Assembly: GCA_947487385.1 (NCBI GenBank)
Contig: CANKWU010000001.1
Span: 75,576-139,575, forward strand
From: Spartobacteria bacterium
Lineage (GTDB): Bacteria; Verrucomicrobiota; Verrucomicrobiia; Chthoniobacterales; UBA6821
Reading direction: 5' to 3'
DNA: 64,000 nucleotides
The notes under the pieces were generated by a model. The model was not told where the DNA came from. It did no database searches and was given only the letters and a program-made list of their open reading frames with translations. This document shows positions 56,879 through 64,000 of this stretch, piece by piece. The position numbers and the translations under genes were made by a program. Within the stretch, counting starts at the first letter, position 1. Each line of letters begins with the position of its first letter.

Positions 56879-58114
56879 ATGAGGATACTCTTCACAAGAG
56901 CCCTGATCATTCTCCCTCCAGGCGAGGGGATTGTGTTCGGTTCCCTGCTTGTCGAGAATGGAGTGATTGCCGGTGTGATTCCCAAGAGCTTGCCACTTCA
57001 TGGTGTTGATGGCGCTCATGTGATCGATTGCGACGGGGATTATCTGGCCCCGGGTCTAGTGGACATCCATTGCCATGGCGCTGTAGGACACGATGCCATG
57101 GAGGCGACTCCTGAGGCCTTTGATAAAATTCTCCGACATCATCTCTCACGAGGGACGACCTCGGTCGTGCTGACGACGGTGGCTGCATCTCTTCCTGAGA
57201 TGCAGGCTGTGTTGGAGTGTGCGAAGTTCTATCGTTCAGGGGGTACGTTTGCGGTATCCAGGCTGATCGGAATCCATCTGGAGGGCCCTTACTTCTCGCC
57301 CTATCGACGGGGTGCTCATCGGGCCGAGATGATTCGACATCCTTCCGTAGAAGAGACCTCCCGCCTTCTCAACTATGCAGACGTGTTCCGACGCATGACC
57401 ATTGCCCCGGAACTACCAGGAGCCTTGGATCTGGTACGTGAACTTTGCAGGCATGGGATTGCGGCCAGTGCGGGTCACTCCGATGCCACGGAGGAGGAGG
57501 CTCTGGCCGGGTTCAATGCGGGAATCTCCCAAGTGACTCACCTTCATAACGCAATGTCCTCCTTGCGAAAGACGGCACCTGATCCGAGACGCGGCCTGGT
57601 AGAGGCCGCGCTGGAAACTCCCGGCGTCGTGTGCGAATTGATTGCGGATGGTATGCATGTCCCCACGGAGTTGCTTCGCGAGGCATGGCTTGCCAAAGGA
57701 TGGAAAGAGATAGCCCTGATATCGGATGCCACCGCCGGTGCGGGTCTCAGGGAGGGGGATGGCTTCCGTCTCGGCGAACTAGTCTGCATCGTTGAGGAGA
57801 AGGGCGCATGGACATGGACTGGGGAAGGGAGTGCTCGCTGTCTTGCCGGAAGTACCGCAACCCTCTTCGATGGAGTCAGGAGAATGGTGGCAGAAGTGGG
57901 AGTTTCCCTTGAGGAGGCGGTGGCGATGGCGACGTTGGTTCCGGCAAAAACCCTCGGTCTGGAGCAATCGGTTGGTTCCCTAGCTCTTGGTAAAGCAGCC
58001 GACATCATCCGTTTCTCGCCTGAATGGAGCCTGAAGGATATTTTGATCGGGGGTGTGGGAATTTCCGGAGAGGGATCCTTTGAGCCTTCCTCAATGAGCT
58101 CGTTTGAGGGATGA
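56879..58114 (+). CDS. nagA: N-acetylglucosamine-6-phosphate deacetylase
   Basis: PGLVDIHCHG, HLEGPY, GHSDAT, THLHNAM and LISDA motifs. Confidence 0.9.
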   Translation: MRILFTRALIILPPGEGIVFGSLLVENGVIAGVIPKSLPLHGVDGAHVIDCDGDYLAPGLVDIHCHGAVGHDAMEATPEAFDKILRHHLSRGTTSVVLTTVAASLPEMQAVLECAKFYRSGGTFAVSRLIGIHLEGPYFSPYRRGAHRAEMIRHPSVEETSRLLNYADVFRRMTIAPELPGALDLVRELCRHGIAASAGHSDATEEEALAGFNAGISQVTHLHNAMSSLRKTAPDPRRGLVEAALETPGVVCELIADGMHVPTELLREAWLAKGWKEIALISDATAGAGLREGDGFRLGELVCIVEEKGAWTWTGEGSARCLAGSTATLFDGVRRMVAEVGVSLEEAVAMATLVPAKTLGLEQSVGSLALGKAADIIRFSPEWSLKDILIGGVGISGEGSFEPSSMSSFEG

Positions 58115-58169
58115 CTCATTCTGTAAGTAGCTTGCAATTCCAGGCAGTTTCTTCAAAAACAAAATCCTG

Positions 58170-59294
58170 ATGAAGCAACTTATTCCCCTCATTGCACTCC
58201 TCGCTACCGCTCCCATGATCCAAGCTGTCGAACCCTCCATTACCTGTAAATCGTTCGGCACAACTACTGGTGGGCAGAAAGCATCGCTTTATACCCTTAT
58301 AAATGCAAATGGAGCCTCCGCATCAATCAGTAACTACGGCGGTACGGTAACCAGTCTCATGATGCCCGATCGCAATGGAAAGATGGGGGATGTTGTCCTT
58401 GGATTCAACAAGTTGCCCGATTACGAAAAGAAGAGCCCATACTTTGGCTGTCTAGTAGGCCGATACGGCAACCGTATCGCCAAAGGAGAGTTCACTCTGG
58501 ATGGCAACACGTACCATCTCCCCATTAATAACAACGGCCAGTCGCTGCACGGTGGGTTAAAGGGATTTGATAAGGTGGTTTGGAATGCGACTCCGCTGGA
58601 AACAAAGCAAGGGCCTTCACTCAAACTCACCTATGTCAGCAAGGATGGTGAGGAAGGATATCCCGGCAAGCTCTCGGTCACGGCGACCTACACCCTCACC
58701 AACAAGAACGAACTGAAACTCGTTTACAGCGCCAAGACCGATAAGCCGACTGTCGTCAACCTTACCCATCACAGCTACTTCAATCTCGCGGGGCAGGGGA
58801 ATGGTGACATCCTCGGCCATGTTGTGACGATCCATGCCAACAAGTTCACCCCAGTGGACAAGGTGCTGATTCCTTCTGGTGAGCTTGCTTCAGTGAAGGG
58901 GACGCCATTTGATTTTCGCAAACCAACGTCCATCGGTGCGCGTATCCAAGAGAAGGATGAGCAACTCAAAAACGGCAAGGGATACGATCATAACTGGGTG
59001 GCTGACAAATGGCCGGGTCATCTGGGCCTGATCGCGAAGATTGAGGAGCCCAAGAGCGGTCGTGTCCTGGAGGTCATCTCAACCGAACCCGGTGTCCAGT
59101 TCTACTCCGGAAATTTCCTCGACGGCACGCTGACCGGTAAGGGCGGCAAGGTGTACAACTTTCGCAATGGATTTTGCTTCGAGCCGCAACACTTTCCTGA
59201 TTCACCCAACCATAAGAATTTCCCCTCCACGGTCCTGAGGCCTGGTCAGACTTACAAGAACACGATCATCTATCGTTTTTCCTCGGAGAGTTAA
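58170..59294 (+). CDS. galM: aldose 1-epimerase (galactose mutarotase), secreted
   Basis: Signal peptide. Motifs are ..GRYGNRI..G.F.LDG..Y.L..N.....LHGG..GF....W.., ..NLTHHSYFNL.. and ..GFCFEPQ.FPDS... Confidence 0.9.
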   Translation: MKQLIPLIALLATAPMIQAVEPSITCKSFGTTTGGQKASLYTLINANGASASISNYGGTVTSLMMPDRNGKMGDVVLGFNKLPDYEKKSPYFGCLVGRYGNRIAKGEFTLDGNTYHLPINNNGQSLHGGLKGFDKVVWNATPLETKQGPSLKLTYVSKDGEEGYPGKLSVTATYTLTNKNELKLVYSAKTDKPTVVNLTHHSYFNLAGQGNGDILGHVVTIHANKFTPVDKVLIPSGELASVKGTPFDFRKPTSIGARIQEKDEQLKNGKGYDHNWVADKWPGHLGLIAKIEEPKSGRVLEVISTEPGVQFYSGNFLDGTLTGKGGKVYNFRNGFCFEPQHFPDSPNHKNFPSTVLRPGQTYKNTIIYRFSSES

Positions 59295-59491
59295 TCCACA
59301 AAGCTGCCCGATAAAAAGGTTCTAAAGTCCTGAGAGTGAAAGAGCCCTCTCTTCTCGGGATTTAAATCTTCATTGGATTTAAACACCACTTTCTTCGCGC
59401 ATGGACTTTCATTAAAGCCTCGCACGAGTGACGATGTGCCTCTTATTTTTAATCGGATATTTTAACCCCTATCACTCACCCCCCATCAGTT

Positions 59492-61444
59492 ATGCCCTCC
59501 CAGTCCATCCATCTCGGAGTGATCGATTATTCGATCCTTGTCCTCTACGTCGCATTTGTCATCGGCATTGGCTTCGCGCTGAAGCGGCAGATGAAGACCT
59601 CGGCGGACTTTTTCCTTTCCGGCCGGAATATCCCTGCCTGGGTGACCGGACTGGCGTTCCTCTCAGCTAACCTCGGGGCGCTTGAACTTGTCGGTATGGC
59701 AGCGAGCGGCGCCAAGTACGGTATCGCCACCTGTCACTTCTACTGGGTGGGGGCGATCCCAGCGATGATCTTTCTAGCGGTCTTCATGATGCCTTTCTAC
59801 TACGGTTCAAAGGCTCGCTCCGTTCCCGAGTATTTGAAGCTTCGATTCGACGAGCGCACACGCGCCTTCAACTCCGTCTCCTTTGCGGTGATGACGATCT
59901 TCGCCTCAGGCATCTCCCTGAACGCGCTTGCCAAGCTTTTGCACAATCTCTTGGGCTGGGAGTATAATATCTCACTCTGGATCTGTTCCTTCATTGTCCT
60001 CCTCTACGTGCTCAAGGGAGGGCTCACCTCCGCAATCTACACGGAGGTGCTCCAGTTCTTCATGATCGTTCTCGGATTTGCACCGGTAGTCTGGTTGGGT
60101 CTCAGGGATGCTGGCGGATGGGTTGCCATCAAGCAGAAGCTCGCCGGCGTGGCCACCAACCCTTCGGCCTACAATCTCGCTGATTCCGCCTCCACGACAT
60201 TCCACTCCGATGCATGGACGAGTGCCTGGAAGCCATTGATAGGCGGGCCATCGGCCAATCCGATGGGGATTGATCTCTTTGCGATGATCTTCGGCCTCGG
60301 CTTTGTTCTTTCCTTTGGCTACTGGTGCACGAACTTCCTAGTCGTCCAGCGTGCCATGGCCGCCAAGGACATGAAGGCTGCTCGTAATACGCCGCTCGTG
60401 GCCGCGGTGCCCAAGATGTTTTTCCCTCTCCTGGTCATCCTGCCCGGCATGATCGCGCTCGCTCTCTCGGCAACCGAGGGAAAGGGATATCAGTTCCCGA
60501 AAGCCGTGATCGCCGAGGCGAAAATGTCTGCGGCGATCGCCTCCGTTCGCCAGTCAGTCGCTTCCGGTGCAGATGTTGTCACGGCCTCGAAGACCATTGC
60601 CTTGGCAGCAGGCACCTCGTTAAACACTGTGAAAGTGGAGGAATTGCTCAAGGCTGCCAAGGCTGACCCTGGAACCCCCGACGCCCAACTGGCAATCGGG
60701 ATCCAGGATGCTGTGGTGAACGACTACGACGGAGTGATCCTCTCGCTGGTGAAGCGCTACTGCCCCACCGGTCTGCTAGGATTGGCACTGACTGCCCTGC
60801 TCGCTTCCTTCATGTCCGGAATGGCTGGGAATGTGACCGCCTTCAACACCGTCTGGACTTACGATCTCTACCAGGCCTACATCGCTCCTGACAAATCGGA
60901 CGAGCACTATTCCTGGATGGGGAGGGTGGTGACGGTGGCCGGTATCCTGCTCTCTATCGGTGCGGCCTACTTCGCCAGTATGTGGACGAACGCGATGGAC
61001 ATCATTCAACTGGTCTTTGCATTCGTTAACGCGCCGCTCTTCGCCACCTTCCTGCTAGGGATGTTCTGGTCTCGCACGACAGGTACCGGTGCCTTTGTGG
61101 GACTCATCTGCGGCACGCTCGCCTCGGCACTCTTCCACGCCTGTACCCTTTCGGTGGGTAATGTTCCCGGAGTGAAGGGTGGTTACATCCACAACTTCTG
61201 GACGCTTCCCAGCGATATGGCTCAGAACTTCTGGCTAGCCAGTTTCGCCTTCACGATCTGTTTCGCGGTCACCGTGCTACTTTCATTGTCGACCCGCCGC
61301 ACCAAAAGCGACGAGGAACTCAAGGGTCTTGTTTACTCTCTGACCCCAAAGCAAACAGTCGACCAGGTCTGGTACGCGCGTCCCGGAACCATTGGCATTG
61401 TGCTTCTAATTGTCTGCGTCATCCTGAATTACATCTTCTGGTAA
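59492..61444 (+). CDS. sodium:solute symporter (SSS/SGLT family)
   Basis: About 14 TM helices. N-terminal DFFLSGRNIPAWV..LSANLGA.E..G. A soluble insertion of roughly 70 aa (..AKMSAAIASVRQ...DAQLAIGIQD..) precedes the LGLALTALLASFMSG helix. Confidence 0.88.
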   Translation: MPSQSIHLGVIDYSILVLYVAFVIGIGFALKRQMKTSADFFLSGRNIPAWVTGLAFLSANLGALELVGMAASGAKYGIATCHFYWVGAIPAMIFLAVFMMPFYYGSKARSVPEYLKLRFDERTRAFNSVSFAVMTIFASGISLNALAKLLHNLLGWEYNISLWICSFIVLLYVLKGGLTSAIYTEVLQFFMIVLGFAPVVWLGLRDAGGWVAIKQKLAGVATNPSAYNLADSASTTFHSDAWTSAWKPLIGGPSANPMGIDLFAMIFGLGFVLSFGYWCTNFLVVQRAMAAKDMKAARNTPLVAAVPKMFFPLLVILPGMIALALSATEGKGYQFPKAVIAEAKMSAAIASVRQSVASGADVVTASKTIALAAGTSLNTVKVEELLKAAKADPGTPDAQLAIGIQDAVVNDYDGVILSLVKRYCPTGLLGLALTALLASFMSGMAGNVTAFNTVWTYDLYQAYIAPDKSDEHYSWMGRVVTVAGILLSIGAAYFASMWTNAMDIIQLVFAFVNAPLFATFLLGMFWSRTTGTGAFVGLICGTLASALFHACTLSVGNVPGVKGGYIHNFWTLPSDMAQNFWLASFAFTICFAVTVLLSLSTRRTKSDEELKGLVYSLTPKQTVDQVWYARPGTIGIVLLIVCVILNYIFW

Positions 61445-61498
61445 GTTTTTATTCCCTTTTTCCTTCCTTCAACTTTTTAACCTTTTAACTTCATTCCC

Positions 61499-61687
61499 AT
61501 GGGCCTCGATATCCGCTTTCCAATCGGCATGATGTTCACTCTCATCGGCCTGCTCTTGTCTGGTGCAGGATTCTTTAGTCCCGACAAACTCTCCCTTGGC
61601 ATCAACATCAATCTGATCTGGGGATCCATTCTCTTTCTTTTCGGAGCCCTGATGTGGAGTTCCGCCGTCAAGGCCAAAGGAAAATGA
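61499..61687 (+). CDS. small 2-TM membrane protein
   Basis: 62-aa ORF with two clear hydrophobic helices and a basic C-terminus. It starts 54 nt after the symporter, and its TGA overlaps the galK-like ATG (ATGA). Confidence 0.55.
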   Translation: MGLDIRFPIGMMFTLIGLLLSGAGFFSPDKLSLGININLIWGSILFLFGALMWSSAVKAKGK

Positions 61688-62913
61688 GTGACGACCCAGA
61701 GGGGGAGATCCGCGGTATTCTTCAAGGGCTCGCTATCAAAGCGGGCCTTTCCCTTGCCGGCACGAAGATTCGTCGCTCCTCCTCCAGGTTCTGTCTAGGC
61801 GTCGAGCATGGTGACTATAATGGAACGGAGCTTTTCGGTGTTGGTACAGACCGCTTCATCTGGATGGCTTTCAAACCTAATGATGTAGGTCGTCTTCGTC
61901 TTTATAGCGGGAACTTCGAACAGGACGGCCTGATCGACGTGGCTCTCAATGCCATTCCCGAGCCCGGGACGGCTCCTGATTCGTGGTCGCGTTTTCCCAT
62001 GGGTGTCGCCTGGATCCTCAAAAAAAATGGATACATGCTGCACAAGGGCCTCGACGCAGTGCTGTACGGGAATATTCCCGGCGGCGGCATGTCCCGCTCT
62101 GCTTCGCTGACGCTCAATCTCCTGATCTCTCTGGCCGAAGTGAATGGCATCAAATTCCCTTCGCAGATGGGAATCGTCGATCTCGCCCAAGCCGTGGAGA
62201 ACGAGTACATCGGCTCTCCTTGCGGAAATCTCGACCAGATTATGATCCTCTTTGCCCGCGAGGGGATGGGTACGCATTACAACCCCGCCGACCGCTCGAT
62301 CCACCACGTGCCACTCGGTAATGGTGCTCCCGATTTTCGGATGATGAGCCTGGATACTGGGACGATTCGCCCTGGGCTGGAGAAGTCAACCTACAAGATC
62401 CGTCACACGGAATGCCGCGAGATGGTAGATCTTTGTCGCGAACCCTTTGGTATCAAAACATTGGGTGATGTCCGTACCGAGGAACTCTTTCGATCGATCC
62501 TTGCAAGATTTGGCATCAGTCATCCCCACCTCTGCAAGCGTCTAGACTACATCTACCATGCCCAGCAGCGGTTTGAACTGATGCTTCAGGCTTGGAGTAA
62601 AGGGGATATTGCTACGGTCGGATCGATCTTCCGAGCCGACGGCATAGGACTGCGTGACGACTATCAAATCTCCGGCAAGGAACTTGAAACCATGTGCGAT
62701 ATCACGAGAACCATTCCGGGTGTTCTCGGTGAGCGGATGCTCGGAGGAGGTGACCGTGGAGCCAGTGGTGCTCTTGTGTTAAGCGGGAGCGAGTCGGCCG
62801 TTCGCGCTGCCGTGGAGACCGCCTATCCGCGCAGTCATCCCGAATATGCCGCAAATTATGCAGTTCATTCATGCAGAATCGTGGACGGGATAAAGCTTTT
62901 GCCCGGTTGGTAA
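61684..62913 (+). CDS. galK: galactokinase-family GHMP sugar-1-kinase (divergent signature)
   Basis: Start trimmed to the ATG at 61684. SRFCLGVEHGDYNG sits where GalK has GR.NLIGEH.DY. GHMP motifs are IPGGGMSRSASL, GSPCGNLDQ and GERMLGGG. Confidence 0.75.
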   Translation: MSDDPEGEIRGILQGLAIKAGLSLAGTKIRRSSSRFCLGVEHGDYNGTELFGVGTDRFIWMAFKPNDVGRLRLYSGNFEQDGLIDVALNAIPEPGTAPDSWSRFPMGVAWILKKNGYMLHKGLDAVLYGNIPGGGMSRSASLTLNLLISLAEVNGIKFPSQMGIVDLAQAVENEYIGSPCGNLDQIMILFAREGMGTHYNPADRSIHHVPLGNGAPDFRMMSLDTGTIRPGLEKSTYKIRHTECREMVDLCREPFGIKTLGDVRTEELFRSILARFGISHPHLCKRLDYIYHAQQRFELMLQAWSKGDIATVGSIFRADGIGLRDDYQISGKELETMCDITRTIPGVLGERMLGGGDRGASGALVLSGSESAVRAAVETAYPRSHPEYAANYAVHSCRIVDGIKLLPGW

Positions 62914-62916
62914 TCA

Positions 62917-63960
62917 ATGACTGATCTTCGTCCCCATCGCCGCTGGAATCCTCTCACACGAGAGTGGCTGCTTGTCTCTCCGCATCGTGCCGCTCGTCCC
63001 TGGCTGGGTCAGGTGGAAGCGATCAGTGAAGAGCGCCCCGCCTATGAACCCTCATGCACGCTCTGCCCGGGGAACAAGCGCATAGGTGGAGAGCTCAATC
63101 CTGACTACCGCGACACGTTCGTCTTCGGGAATGACTTTCCCTCGCTTCTTCCCCCGCTGGAGATGAAAGCTGAGGCTCCGATTTTCTCGCCGCTTTTTCA
63201 GTCGAGGGATGTCTCTGGCGAATGCCGAGTCATCTGCTTCTCGCCGCGCCACGATCTCTCCCTGGCGCAGATGTCTGCCGGAGACATTGCTCGCGTTATC
63301 ACGACATGGACTGAACAGACCGCCGATCTCGGAAGCCGCAATCGCTGGGTGCAGGTCTTCGAGAACAAGGGGGCCGCGATGGGATGCTCAAACCCACACC
63401 CCCACGGCCAGATCTGGGCCGGAGATTTCATTCCGGAGGAACCGGCCAAGGAAGATCTCTCTCAGAAGGAGTACTTCCAGGAGCATGGTCGGCCCCTGCT
63501 GCTCGACTATGCGGCGGAGGAACTCCGTGACGGCTCACGCACTGTGATCGAGGGCGAGCACTGGTTTGTTGTGGTTCCCTACTGGGCGCTCTGGCCTTAC
63601 GAGACACTACTCCTTCCGAAGCAGGAACAGGTGACGCGACTGACCTCCCTACCCGAGAGTCAAAAGCTCGATCTGGCCGAGACGATGCGCCAACTTCTCG
63701 TGCGTTATGACAATCTCTTCCAATGTTCATTCCCGTATTCGATGGGGTGGCACGGGGCTCCTTTCCTTTCAGATGATGGGGGGAAGTCAGAGGAATATTG
63801 GCAGCTTCACGCTCATTTCTACCCACCGCTTTTGCGCTCTGCATCGGTGAAGAAGTTCCTGGTTGGCTACGAGATGCTTGCCGAGGGGCAGCGCGATCTT
63901 ACTGCTGAGCAGGCCGCGGAGAGGTTGCGTTCGCTTCCGAATCGCCATTACGCATCCTAA
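62917..63960 (+). CDS. galT: galactose-1-phosphate uridylyltransferase
   Basis: RWNPLT.EW..VSPHR, the zinc motif C.LCPGN, FEN.G...G.SNPHPHGQIWA, and a C-terminal ..HAHFYPPLLRS... Confidence 0.93.
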   Translation: MTDLRPHRRWNPLTREWLLVSPHRAARPWLGQVEAISEERPAYEPSCTLCPGNKRIGGELNPDYRDTFVFGNDFPSLLPPLEMKAEAPIFSPLFQSRDVSGECRVICFSPRHDLSLAQMSAGDIARVITTWTEQTADLGSRNRWVQVFENKGAAMGCSNPHPHGQIWAGDFIPEEPAKEDLSQKEYFQEHGRPLLLDYAAEELRDGSRTVIEGEHWFVVVPYWALWPYETLLLPKQEQVTRLTSLPESQKLDLAETMRQLLVRYDNLFQCSFPYSMGWHGAPFLSDDGGKSEEYWQLHAHFYPPLLRSASVKKFLVGYEMLAEGQRDLTAEQAAERLRSLPNRHYAS

Positions 63961-64000
63961 CCACCGCGAATGGCAGCCCCTGCTTGGGAGGCCTGTTTCC

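Overview
This is a dense 64-kb chromosomal segment that is almost entirely housekeeping. It holds about 60 protein genes on both strands and one tRNA-Ser(GCT). I found no rRNA, no CRISPR array and no intact mobile element.

Recognisable content, left to right:
- ruvA
- a frameshifted cfa
- lpxK-thrB
- dgkA
- an ABC-F ATPase
- TauE and DUF1361 membrane proteins
- a CYTH-CHAD pair
- an amino-acid ABC transporter with a fused binding-protein/permease
- sucC-sucD-citrate synthase
- PBP1A
- trmD
- dinB
- a parB / desaturase / FAD-oxidoreductase / DUF1365 gene string
- pstSCAB-phoU
- lptD
- thiE
- accB-accC
- secG
- panC-nadB
- nrdR
- a GlcNAc plus Leloir sugar cluster (ROK kinase, MFS, nagA, galM, SSS symporter, galK-like, galT)

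The protein flavour suggests a PVC/Verrucomicrobia-like genome. The cues are the W-x2-DP repeat protein, a transposase-tail motif, and Tat and lipobox signals. That placement is inference only.

I do not see a convincing multi-gene novel system. The best leads are:
1. cfa is split at a G7 tract that is also a formal -1 slippery heptamer.
2. A 7 x 9-bp tandem repeat lies between mrcA and the sucCD operon.
3. A degenerate ATP-cone paralogue is co-operonic with nrdR, and an NrdR box sits in front of nrdR itself.
4. A small decayed islet at 26.7-27.7 kb holds a transposase-tail remnant and an HEPN-like Rx4H fragment.
5. parB has no adjacent parA, carries a quadruplicated KGLG N-terminus, and is packed against a lipid-modification gene string.

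All family assignments come from reading motifs in the supplied translations. No database search was possible.
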